From Cyanophora paradoxa CCMP329 (taxonomy: Eukaryota; Plantae; Glaucophyta), in the NCBI GenBank assembly GCA_004431415.1, contig QPMI01000239.1:48764-112763 (forward strand): DNA of 64,000 nt, written 5' to 3'. Both the position numbers and the translations under genes were made by a program. The number at the start of each line of letters is the position of its first letter. Position 1 is the stretch's first letter. Below are positions 23,609-34,865 of the stretch, piece after piece. The notes beneath the pieces are model-generated. The model saw only the letters and a program-made list of their open reading frames with translations. It ran no database searches and was not told the origin of the DNA.

Positions 23609-24502
23609 TCACTGAAAGTCCGCCGCGAAATCCGCCGGGTCAAGCCCTGGCCGGCGGTCAGGCGGCGACTACTAGGCGAGTGTGAGCGCCGCGGGCCCGG
23701 GGCCAGCCCTAGGGCGGCGGGGCGCGGCCTGGCGGGGCGGCGCACCGGGGACTGAGAGGCCGTCAGGAAACATGCCGTCATCCGAGCTGCTGAAGAGGAA
23801 ATCCTCGAGGCGGGAGAGTGTCGGCCGGCTCGCCGCCTCGCTCGTCGTCTCCAGGTGCTCCATCAGCGTGGTCTCGGGGCAGCCCTGCGCGGGATATATA
23901 TGCGTCAACACTCACTAGAGATGAAAGGCTGCTATTTCGTAAGAGCGGCGCCGGCGCACCCAGCCAAAGCCATCCGGGAGATCTGCAGCTCGATGAGATC
24001 AGTAAGCGCGAGATCGCGACCGGGCACAGAAGCGGCGCACGGGTGCTTTCGCTTCCTTCATGAAAGACGAGAAACTTCTCAAGAGCGCTGAGCTCGCGAC
24101 CGGAAGCGGGCTCCTGGCCGCTGCCGCTTGCGTAAGTATTCGTAATAATGGCACGTGCTCGGCGTTCGGCGGGCTAGCGTGCTTTTGCGCGTATTCGTAA
24201 TAATGGCACGTGCGCGGCGTTTGGCGGGCTAGCGTGCTTTTGCGGCGCCATTCATGAATACTTTGCGGGGACGGGTCCGCTCACAAGACTTCAGCCTCGC
24301 TCCGCGAACTCGAGTCCGCCATGCAGTAAAAAGACCGCTTCTGGAATTTCTGGGCTGCCGCAGGGGCGTACGCGTACTTGTTCGCAAAACTTCCGGCTCT
24401 ACGCATGCCGCGGACGGAGGGCGAGGCTGCCGAGCGGAGGGAAGAAGCGTGGCTGGACCGGCATTGCTGGACGAAGGACGAAACTGCGAAAGCTGAGGCC
24501 AT
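23609..24502 (-). CDS. Small unknown protein with plastid transit peptide; multi-exon
   Basis: MASAFAVSSFVQQCRSS...RSFYCMA leader; exons ...GCPETTLMEHLETTSEAASRPTLSRLEDFLFSSSDDGMFPDGLSVP/GLDPADFAADFQ-stop. Confidence 0.65.
24136..24245. repeat. 2 x 55 bp tandem duplication in intron 1
   Basis: gtattcgtaataatggcacgtgc...gctagcgtgcttttgcg at 24136 and 24191, with few mismatches. Confidence 0.9.
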
Positions 24503-24630
24503 GTCTAAACTTACGAGCTAAAGAAGGCTGAGAGATATGGCCGACTAAATCAGCGGTTACTACGAGAAGGCGCGACACGAAGCTGGGGGAGGACAAGCTG
24601 GGTCGGGGTACAGCAATCCCCTGCTTGAAA

Positions 24631-25713
24631 ATGCCCCGACCGGCCTCCCCGCGCAGCGGCGGCCCTAGTCGGCGCTATGTGTCGAGCCCAGAGCGCAAGG
24701 AGAGGCTGGAAAAAGTACGCCAGATGTACCGCAAGTTCTACATAGGTGAGCTCAGGCTTCGGCCGCCCGCGGTCTCCGCCTTAAAAACCAGCGCGATTCG
24801 CCGTGTCACCTGCATTATAAACCAGCGCGCTTCGCCGTGTCACCTAGTTCGCTTACATCTGCCGCGCCTCCCCGCCAATGCCCTCGCTTAGCCATGGGGA
24901 TCGTCGGCTTGTGTGTGTTCATCGTCATCTGTTACTTGGTGTTCCGCGGTGCGCGCCCGCATGGGGAGCTATCCTAAGCGTGCTGACCGGCCGCTCCAGG
25001 GCATTCAATGTCGCACCGGATCACCAACGGTTCTCTCCGCGAGCAAACGGAGACGTGAGCTCTTGCGATGCGCGTGCGGCTGCAGCGCCGATTCTAACGC
25101 TTCACGCAGGTACGTTCGAGCGTTCAACTCGCGCAGCCTGGACGTGCTCCGCGCGATGATGGCTCCCGAGTGCGCTAGTCGAAAAGCATAGCTGTACAAT
25201 TGATGACGCAGCGCCGCAGCTACGCAGTTGTGGAGCAGTACAGCACCGGCGGCGTGAGGAAGGAGGGTGCGCGGCTGCCTCTGCCACGCATTACTTGTCG
25301 CCAATGCGGCGTGCAGGACGGGATGAGGCGCTCGCTGGTCTGGACGAGCTCTTCAGACAGCACGTGCGCCGTCCCGCCCGCGCGCCGCGGCAGCGAGCAC
25401 CGAAGCGCGCGGGAGCGCAGCCGGACGCGGTGCTTCGGGCCGTGAACGTCCTCGAGGACCTCCGCGCGGCGGTCTCGGTGCTCGAGTTCGAGCTGGTCAT
25501 GAGCGGCAACACGCTCCGCGGCATGGAGAGCATCCGCTGGGAAAACGGCAAGATGACAGGCGCGCGGGCCGGCGCCCCCTCGCCCGCCCTCCGCCCTGAC
25601 AGCGAGCAGAGCTGCGGGTGTACGTGGACGTCCCCGACGGGAACCTGGTCTTCAGCCAGATGAACAAGCCGGCGCCACCGCAGCCGAAGCAGAAGAGGCC
25701 CGCGTCCCCCTAG
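24631..25713 (+). CDS. SnoaL-like / NTF2-fold protein; multi-exon
   Basis: YVRAFNSRSLDVLRAMMAPE ... GRDEALAGLDELFRQH/PDAVLRAVNVLED...RGMESIRWENGKMT/ELRVYVD. Confidence 0.75.
24785..24845. repeat. Tandem duplication with 34 bp period in intron 1
   Basis: aaaccagcgcg(a/c)ttcgccgtgtcacct at 24785 and 24819. Confidence 0.85.
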
Positions 25714-26013
25714 GGACGCCCGCGTGCGCGTGCGTGGATCTCGGCGTGAGTGTGCATTACAGCTGTAGTTGATTGGCAAGCCATAGGTGAAAGAAAATAG
25801 CGATCGGTTAGTATCTCTAAAGAGGAATTACTGCACGCGCTGTAGCTATAGTTAATAGTTAACAAGCACGATTTCGGCGCGGTACTTCGTCTCGATGGCC
25901 TGCAAAAGATACGTGCCTGCGACGCAGTCCGATGGAGCAACGACGACAAGCCGCCGTCCGCTTTCTCCGGAAGAGGGTGAAGACTGAAGGGCGAGCAGGG
26001 CAACCGCGAAGGG

Positions 26014-26523
26014 CTAAGGGGCAGCCTCAGATTTCTGCACAAGGATATTCCAGCGCTGGTTGAGGACCTTCGCCCGCTGTATTTCGCACGCTGCTGGGAT
26101 AGTTAAAAGCACGGATTTTCGGTCGTTTCCAAGAGTCACGCTGCGCGCCTTCTTCGATGCCGAGCGTGTAAGCGTAGTGCTCAACGTCTCTCAGCAGCTG
26201 TAGCTGAGAGCGCGGCGAGGATCGGGCAACCTCTGCACAGCGGGTCTGAGATACAATAGCTGTCCTACACAGCGCGCAGAATCGCACCCCTGGCGACGGT
26301 ACTCTCAAACTCGTCCGCCGCATCCTCCGGCTGCGCCGCCGCGCTTGCAGTAGGTACATCCTGCTTCAAAAGCGTCAGCTGGTACTTGCGTAGGCAGAGG
26401 ACGAAGTAGCGCGGTATTCGAGCAAACCTGGCTGGCGGCCTCCTCCTCGACTGCTTCCTCGGCAATGGATGATCGGCGAGATTGCGACACTTCCGGCGGC
26501 GCCGCGACAGCCTCGGGTTCCAT
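26014..26523 (-). CDS. LIN52: LIN52-like subunit of the DREAM/MuvB complex; four small exons
   Basis: Splicing gives ...STVAREVARSSPRSQLQLLRDVEHYAYTLGIEEACEIQRAKVLNQRWNIL..., matching the LIN52 C-terminal AY-x-LG-x-x-E-x-x-E-x-x-R-x-K-x-LN motif. Not present as a single ORF in the track. Confidence 0.72.
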
Positions 26524-26574
26524 GGAGCTAGCCGACTGTCGCGTACCCCTCGACGCGAGCTGACCGGGCCAAAG
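26524..26574. promoter_or_regulatory. 51 bp divergent spacer (LIN52-like/YIPF6) containing GTACCCC
   Basis: Opposing ATGs at 26523 and 26575; motif at 26543-26549. Confidence 0.55.
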
Positions 26575-27593
26575 ATGATGAATCCATCGCCACAGCCCGC
26601 GGCGGCGGGCCCGTCAGTCGCCGTGCCGATTCCCAATGCGCCGGCGGGGCCAGCGGGCGGCGACACCACACTTGACGAACCGGTGTCAACGACACTGCTG
26701 CGCGACCTCAAGAAGATCGTCTCGAAGCTCGGGCACGTCATGGTCCCGCGTAAACACGCGACCAACCAGCTGAGGAGCTGTGCGGCCATTGCCGGCATCA
26801 TACGGTCCCTGCGCGAAAACCTGACGCCCGTCGCGCCTGCAGGGGACTTATGGGGACCTCTCATCCTTTGCATGATGCTTGCCATGTGCGTCGGGACCCT
26901 GCCGGCCGGGCGCCGCCTCTGACGCTTCGTGCAGCATGCTCTCCGTCTCTGCCCCGCACCTGCAGTCCGCCCTCGTCTTCTCGGCGGTGTTCGTTATCGT
27001 CTGGTGCGGCGCCGCAGTCGTAACAGTCAACGCGCTGCTTCTGGGCGGGACGATGTGCGTGCTCGAGCTCCGCCGCGCCGCGAGGTCTAGAGCCTGAGGC
27101 GCGCGGCGCAGCTCGTTCTTCCAGAGCGTCTGTGTGCTCGGCTACTGCATCTTCCCGCTGAACCTGGCGTGCTTCTTCGGCCTTCTCTCTCGCAACTTCA
27201 TCGTCCACACCATCCTCACTCTCGCTGGCTTCGTTTACTCCACCGTCGGTCCGCCCCGCCTGCTCGCCCCTCCCTCTGCACCCCGGCCGACTGCCTGTAA
27301 TCGTGCTATCTCGCAGCCTCCGTCCCCTTCGTGGGCAACATCATGCCCCCGAACCGCAAGGCCCTCGCAGTGTACCCCGTCCTCCTCTTCTACCTCTGCA
27401 TAGCCTGGGTCCGCCCGTACCCTCACCCCTCTGCTGACATCTCGGCTGACTGGGCGCCGCCCGTCCGCCGTCGCTCGACGACCTTGCGCCTCCCCGCAGA
27501 TGATCCTGGTGCGCATGCTCTCTGCGATGGCGCCCCTCGCTGCCTCCTTCGCCCCCTCTCACGCCTCCTCCGCAGATTAGCGCGAGGTCCTAG
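26575..27593 (+). CDS. YIPF6: Yip1-domain Golgi protein, YIPF6/Yip4-like; multi-exon
   Basis: TLDEPVSTTLLRDLKKI...WDLWGPL...FVIVWCGAAVVTVNALLLGG...SFFQSVCVLGYCIFP...RKALAVYPVLLFY. Confidence 0.92.
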
Positions 27594-28491
27594 CCTGCCC
27601 TGTGCCGCCATCATCCAACGCCCTCCGCCCGCTCTCCTGGGACCCCTCCCTCGCTCTGCCCCCCCGCCCTCGCGCCTGGCCGTCCCATCTGTCTCAACCC
27701 GCATATTATCAATCCTCGTTCCCGCTTTCAGCCAACGCACGGCCCCCGAGGACTTCGAAGAGCGAAGCAATTGCTTGATGCCGCGGTGCTCTGCCAGGCT
27801 GCTGGGCTGACGTCCCGGGGAGTCCGTCAATCTCTTTTCACGCTAAGGAAGCAAGCAAGTCGAATGCCGACCGTGGGAACTGGAGAGAGCTACTAGGCTA
27901 GAGATCGTTACTAATCATGGCATGGGCAACTTGGCAACTTAGTGCCTAGGAGCCTAGGAGAGCATCGTCAGCTCGGGATCTACAGACCGTGCAGAAGAGC
28001 TCGCAGCCTGCATATATACGCAGCTGCAGCTGCAGCTGGCCGCTGAGCGCTAGCGCTGCATGCGAAGCTCCGAGGCTCTTCAAATGCAAGGGCTTCTTCA
28101 AGCGCTAGCAGGCTTCGCGAGGCCGCGAGGCACGATGTTTAGATTGAATTACAAGTGCAATATATACCGTAGTACCGTAGTACCGAGCTCTCGCGATCCC
28201 GATCGAGGCATGGCGTGCGAATCGAATTCAAATTATTTAGAAATTAACAGAGAAATACACGAATTAGTGAGCTACTGCTGTGGAATACACTGATCACCTG
28301 GACATAAATAGCATGTGAAAAGACAAGCTGATTTCACAGCTGAAATCTCGCACGTTGACTGAAACTGACACTGTCTCGTCTGCACTTGAAATCGTCGTGC
28401 TTCGAAGCTGGAGGCGGAAGCACTAATCATAAATTACATGGCGCCGCCCAGGCCTAGGGCCGAGCTCGCCTTCGGCGGAGGAGCGGCACGA

Positions 28492-29758
28492 TCAGCTCAT
28501 GAGCTCGGCCAGCGCGGCCTCGTCGAGGGGCTCGTCGGCCGACGCCGGCGCCGCGGCGGGGGCGGCCGTGCCGGGGGCGGCCGGCCAGTGCACCCCGCAG
28601 GCCTCCCAGTCGACGGCGACCGGGTCCACGCCCACCGCCGCCAGCGCCGCGTCCACCACCCGCCTGCCCGCCGTCACGCCCCGCAGCGCGGCGCGGCGCG
28701 GGGCCTGCGGTGCGCACCGGACGCCCCCGGAGCTGGGGCCGGCGTCGATGGCGACGTGCGCGGCGCCGGCGGGGCCGCAGAGACGCTCGAGCAGCGGCGG
28801 GAAGTCGCGCCTGCAGTAGCGCATCCGCTCGCGCACCTGGAGTACCGCCCGCTCGAGGGTCTGCGGGGTCGCCGCGGGCGGGGGCGGCGCACCACGAAAG
28901 TCTCGTCGTCGGTGCGGGCGACCAGCGGCTCGCCCGTCACCTGCGCACGCCGGGGCCGTCGCGCCCCGCCAGCGCCGCCCCGCCGGCGTGGCACGCGGGC
29001 GCGCGCACGTCGTCGAGCCCGGGGACGCGCGGCGGGCGGTACACGGGGTGGTAGGAGCGCCCGGAGGGCAGGTGCGTGAGCCGTCCGAGAGACCTGCGCC
29101 GGCCGTGAGACCCGCGCGCGGGGCGCGGGCGGGACCCCCGGAGGATTCACCGGTCGAGGCACGTGTCCTCGTCGGTCTGCAGCTCGAGGACGTGGGTGAG
29201 GGGCGCCCCGACGGCCTCCAGCAGCTCGGAGACGAGCTCCGCCTGCCTCCCGTCTGCCGCCCGCCCCGCATCTGCCAGGGGCGAGGCGGGGCGGCGGCGA
29301 GAGACCGACCCTGGGGGAAGCCGACGAGCAGGAAGCTCGAGCCACCGCGCGAAATCACCTTCTCGATCTGCTCCCTGAGGACCCGCATCCGCAGCTCCGT
29401 GTAATTCCGTTTTATCTCGGACATAAAGCTGTGGATCTGCGCAGTGCTGACGCGCTGCGTGTGGACGAGCTCCAGCAGCTCCTCGTAAGCGCTCACTCCG
29501 AAGTGCGCAGCGGAGAACGCTTCAAACGCAGCCGAGCGGGAGTCCTCTTCCACCGAGACGCCATCCTGGCGGGCCGGGGCCGGCGTCGGTGCGCATAATG
29601 AATCTCGCGAGGTTTTCCTAGAACTTAAGCGTGCGCACCATGTAACTTCTTATAATGTCATGGCATGCAACAACAGGCAGCTGGAGGCTTCGCTTGAGGA
29701 GGTCGGCAAGCGTACTCTTCCCACTGCCGGGCGGTCCCAACAGCAGCACGCGCGGCAT
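28492..29758 (-). CDS. Divergent adenylate kinase-family protein with LID domain; multi-exon
   Basis: P-loop [12 protein letters not shown]; FLLVGFPQ (canonical DGFPR); [41 protein letters not shown]. The start may lie slightly upstream. Confidence 0.8.
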
Positions 29759-29846
29759 CTGGTGCTCCAGGTGCACCGGTGCAGGCCGTGCAGCCGAATC
29801 TGAGCCGATGCCGTGCCGGGTACAGGACCTACTCCACAACACCGAC

Positions 29847-31844
29847 ATGCCACGGGCGACGTGCTTCATCCTTGGTGCCGCCGGTGCGGTGCGGCTGCCG
29901 GCGCGGACGGGGACCAACGCTGCCAGCCTCGTCTGCCAGCACGCCGGCCAGCACGCCGGCCAGCAGGTGACCGCGCGGGCGCGGCGGGAGCCACGACGCC
30001 TCCGAGGACAGTTCACGCACGATGCCTCTGCCGAAGCCATCCGCAGCTTCAACGCGACAGCGCTCCGTCGGCTCAGCACGCGCCCCGCTCCGTCGCGCAA
30101 CGAGCGCCACGGGCACCCCGCGGACATCCGCGCGGCGATGCAATGGGAGCAGGTTGGAGAGAACTGGGTGTACCGCCCCTCCGAAAACCCCGACGACATC
30201 CGCGGCATCGTGCACTTTGTCGGCGGCGCGTTTGTGGGCCGGGTCCCGCAGCTTAGCTACAGGTGCGCCTAGGCGCTCGCCTGCCTCGAATTGTAAGCCT
30301 CCTCGCGACTTCCAGCGCTGCAGGTATCTCCTGGAGCAGATCGCGTCCAAGGGCTTCATCATCGTCGCCACGCCGCACGAGCTGAACTTCGACCTCGACG
30401 CCATGGCCCGCGGCATCGCTTCTAAGCTCGACGCAGCCATGAACTCGTTCGCGTGGGATTTGTGGAACATCCAGGTGCGCGTCCTCCTCCGCGCCCGACC
30501 CCGCGCCCGCTGATCCGGGCCTCTCGCTCCCAGAGCCTCCCCGTCATCGGTGTGGGGCACAGTTTAGGGGCCCTCATGCAGGTCCCCGCCCTCTCCTTCC
30601 CACCCCTGGCGCGCCCGCGCGCCGGGCGAGGCGGAGCGCAGTCGTACATCACGAGCCAGAGGCTGTCGAAGACGAAGCGGGCGGGGAACGTGCTCATCTC
30701 CTGGAACAACAAGCCGGCCACCGTCCGCCGCCCCCGCCCCCGCCGCCGCCCAGGCGCGCGCCCGAGGCGCGCCTGCCCCGCAGGAGGCGATCCCGCTGTT
30801 CGAGCCGCTGGTCAGCCCCTTCCTGAAGCAGGTCGGGCCCTTCTCCGGGCCCATCTCCGAGTCCGCCGCATTCGCCGCCGACCAGGTGCCGTACCCCCCT
30901 CTCCTCCGTACCCCCCGGGCTCTGATGGCGCAACCCCGCAGGCGCTGATGCTCGGGGAGCGGCTGGTGGCGCAGCTGCCGTCGTTCGCGCCGCCGATTCT
31001 GCGGGACCTGCCCTCGCTGGGCGCCCAGCTCCTCCCCGCCATCGGCCAGGTCCAGGTCGGCGCCCCCCGCCCCCGCCCCGCGCCGCTCTCCGCTGACGCG
31101 GCCGCCGCGCGCAGCCGCTGATCGAGCAGATCTCGGCGTCGGCGGCCGGCGTGGAGTTCAAGCCGAGCCCCGAGGAGATGCGCGCCGCCATCGGCCGCTC
31201 CTACGCCGCCCCGAGGCCCGCCCCCGCGCGAGCCTTGCCGGCCCCGCGCGGGCCTGACCCCGGGGCGGGGCAGGACGCTGCTGGTGAAGTTCCGGGACGA
31301 CAGCATCGACCAGTCAGAGGACATCCGGGTGCGGGCGGCGGCGGCCCGCGGCACTGCTCCCCGCCGCACTCGAGCCGTGACGGTGCGGGGGCAGGAGCTG
31401 CTGGGGAAGAGCGGGGCGCGGGGCGCCGGCCGCGTGGAGTTCATGGAGCTCAACGGGACGCACGTGGAGCCCCTCGCCCAGGCGCCCCGCCCCGCCCGCT
31501 GCTGCTGCGCCGGCCCCGGCCGAGGCCTGCCGCCGCAGGAGCTGCCCAAGGTGCGGGAGGTGACGGGCCTCGAGCTGGGGCGCGACGCGGACAACGTGCG
31601 CGAGGCCATCCAGCAGCAGGTGCCCCGCCCCCCCGCGCCCCGCCCGCCCCCTCGAGCTCCGGCTACCCGGTCCGAGTCGGCCCCGGCAGATCTTCGCCAA
31701 CTGGGAGTCCTTCGAGGTGCCTGGGCACATCCGCAATAATCTATCGAAGTAATCGAGCTAACCCTGCAGGCCGTCCTTGTGACCTTCCTCGACTCGGTCG
31801 CCGCCACCCCGGCCCCGCGCACCTCCGACGCCCCCGAGCTCTAG
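29847..31844 (+). CDS. DUF1350 family alpha/beta hydrolase, probably plastid-targeted; multi-exon
   Basis: WEQVGENWV...GIVHFVGGAFVGRVPQLSYR/YLLEQI...VATP...GVGHSLGA...GNVLISWNN...EFKPSPEE...TLLVKFRDDSIDQS. Confidence 0.9.
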
Positions 31845-32081
31845 CCAGGCCATGGCCAGCGCTCGCCGCTCGCGCTCAAGAGCTAGAACTCGCGAATTCG
31901 AGCGGCTGAATCTCCGTTTACCAACTGTCGTCATATTGCCGCTCCTTTCAATTGTGCAGCTGCAGTCTAGACCTCGCGCGCATGCGCAACCGGCCCGGCC
32001 GCGGTCCGGCTGCGGCGACGATGGCTGCGGTCCGGCTGCGGCGACGGCCGCAGCGACAGGAGGGGTACAGTGAAACCAGGG

Positions 32082-34317
32082 ATGTTCGCAGCAAGCGTGC
32101 TCAGACCCGCGACGTCGGAGCAGGCGAATCGGCCACTATGCTGGCAGCACGTACAGTATTCGCCGTCCGCGCGTTCCGGTCGGCATAGGAGCACTCGTCG
32201 CCAAGAACTGAGGCCGCGCAATGCCCAGCCGTCCAGCTCCTCCAGCGCTTACTTTGGCGAAGTTAGTTTCGAGGCCCGCGTCACACCGCAGCGGGCGGCA
32301 CCGCAGCCCCGTCAGTGGTGCGCGTGCCGCGCGCGCAGCGGCGTCGTCACCGGCTGACGGGCGCGTTGCGCAGTGGCTTAGATGTTCGCGCTGCTGCTAC
32401 GGAGCAGGAACCAGTGGATGTGATCATCGTTGGGGCCGGCCTCGCCGGCCTCGCCTGTGCACGGCGGTGCGACTGCTCCGGACCGGCCCGTGATGCGCGG
32501 CGCCGCGGCCGGTCGAGCTGGCGCACGGGCGCAGGCTGAAGGCGGCGGGGGTGTCGTTCGAGGTGCTGGAGGCGAGCTCGTCGCCCGGCGGGCGGGTGAA
32601 GACGGACTACGCGGGTGGATTCCTCGTGGACCGCGGCTTCCAGGTCTTCATCGAGGCGTACCCCACCGTTCGCAAGGAGCTTGACTACCGCGCCCTCGAC
32701 CTCCGCAAGTTCTACCCGTGCGCGCCTGCCCCGCCCCGCCCGCCCCGCCCCGTCCCCGGCCCGAGCGGGCGGCGCAGGGGCGCCCTCGTTCGCTACGGGG
32801 GGCGGGCGTACCGCGTGGCGGACCCGTTCAGGGCGCCGCTGGACTCGGTGGGCGGCCTCTTCAACCCCATCGGCTCCGTCCAGGACAAGCTCAAGATCCT
32901 CGCCCTCCGCCTCCGCGTGCGCCCCGGGCGGGGCGCCCCGCCGGCCCGCGCGCGCCCTCACGCCGGCGGCAGTGCCAGCTGACGCCGGTCTCGACGATCC
33001 TGGCGCGGCCGGAGACGTCCACGCTGGAGTTCCTGCGCGCCGAGGGCTTCTCCGAGGCCGTCATCGAGCGCTTCTTCCGGTGCGGGGCGTTGGGCGCCGC
33101 CGCGCGAGGCGGGGCGGGCGGGGGTGACTGGGGGGGCAGGCCGTTCTACCAGGGGATCCTGCTGGCGCCGCTGGACCAGTCGAGCTCCCGCATGTTCGAG
33201 TTCGTCTTCAAGATGCTCGCCGAGGGGGACATCTCCCTCCCCGCCGCCGGCATCGGCGCCCTCGCCGAGCAGCTCGCCGCCGACTTCGATGGCGGCCGCG
33301 CCGTCCGCTACGGCACCGCCGTCTCCTCCATCGACCGCGTCCGCCCCCGCCCCGCCCGCCCCGCCCGCCCGCCCCGGGCTTCACGGGCGCCGCAGGACGC
33401 CGCCCTGGGCCTCGTGCGCGTCCACATGGCCGACGGCACGACCCGCCTCTGCAGGCCCGCCCCGCGCCGCCCGCGCCCCGCGCCCCGCCGAGGCCCCCGC
33501 AGGAGCGTCGTCGTGGCGACGGAGGGCCCGAGGCGGAGCGGCTCGTGGGCGCGGCGGCCGGCTTCGAGCCGGCGCCGCAGCGGCTGCCGGCGACGGGGAC
33601 AAGGGCGTGACGTGCGTCTACTTCGAGGCGCCCGAGTCGCCCGTCGGGGAGAACATCCTCGTCCTCAACGGCGACGGGCCCGAGGACGGGTCCGCCCGCC
33701 CCCGCCTCCCCGCCCGCCCGCCCGCCCCGCCCCGCCCCGCCCGACCCGCGCCGACGCCGGGCGCGCCCTGCAGGCCCGTGAACAACGTCGTCTGCCTCAC
33801 GGACGTCTCCCCAGGCGCGCTCCGACCCGCCGCCCCGCCGCGCGCGCCGCGGGTCGCGAGCGGGGGGCGGCAGAGCTGGCGCTGGAGGGGCAGCGCAAGG
33901 CGCTGGTCTCGGTGACGATGCTCGGCGTCGACGAGGCCGCCTCCACCGCCGCCATCGACGCCCAGGCCCGCCCCGCCCCGGCCCGGCCCCTGCTCCGGGC
34001 TTCCGGCGCTGAGGCGCCGCGGCAGGTGCGGACGCAGCTGAGCGGCTGGTTCGGGGGCGACGTGGTGCGGGAGTGGCGGCTGCTGCGCGTGTACAAGATC
34101 CGGCACGCGCAGCCGGCGCTGCGGCCCGTCGAGGCCCGCCCCGCCGCCCTCGCCCCCTCCCTCTTCGTCGCCGGCGACCACAGGCGCGCGCCGACGCCCA
34201 GCCAGCCCCACCGGTGCCTGACGCCGCCGCCGCAGGGACACCACCTCGTTCAACGGGGCGATGGAGAGCGGCCAGCGGGCCGCCGAGGCCGCCCTCGCCG
34301 CCCTGAGGCCGCGCTAG
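32082..34317 (+). CDS. FAD-dependent oxidoreductase (amine oxidase / phytoene dehydrogenase-like), probably organelle-targeted; multi-exon
   Basis: DVIIVGAGLAGLACA; LEASSSPGGRVKTD..GFLVDRGFQVFIEAYP; ADPFR; FVAGDHR/DTTSFNGAMESGQRAA. Confidence 0.92.
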
Positions 34318-34865
34318 CCCGTCCCGCGCCTCCGCTGCCGGTTGCATCGCGCCTCGCCCCCCTGTACATTCAAGCCACCCATGCAGCATCGGATTCGGAT
34401 CTGGACCGGAGCACCTAGATTCCGAATGGCGCGCGCCATGGCCGTAGCTTCGAATTCGGAGCCGCTGGAGCTAGCACTAGCGCTTGCCAAGTTGCCAAGT
34501 TGAAGCCCAGGGACATCAACGCGCTCGCGCGTGGGGGGCGGCGTTTAGCGGGGGCGCTAGGGGTGAAGTTGGAATTCGGCGAATTTCGAAGTTGGCGGGG
34601 CGCCGGCGCTGGACCGCCGCTTTCTTCGAATTCGGTGAAGTTGATGGGCGTGGGGTACAGCAAACGTGCATTGAAGGCCTGCCTGGGCACAGATCGAAAT
34701 CGGGAGGCCGCATCCAACTGCGAAGATTCCGCTGTGGGTTTAGGAGCATGGCAATGTGCTTGAGGTAGCTACCCTGAAGCGCAGAAGCTACAGCAGCGAG
34801 CAGCCCTGCAGCGGCGGTCGGCTAGCGCCGGCTTTGCTTGAAGCAGCATCAGCAGTCGCAAGACG

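Noticed and set aside
24136-24245. Repeats as a possible CRISPR array
   Set aside because: Only two adjacent copies, no spacers, no cas genes, eukaryotic intron context.
27830-28440. Possible ncRNA/snoRNA in an AT-richer convergent spacer
   Set aside because: No convincing C/D, H/ACA, tRNA or snRNA pattern.
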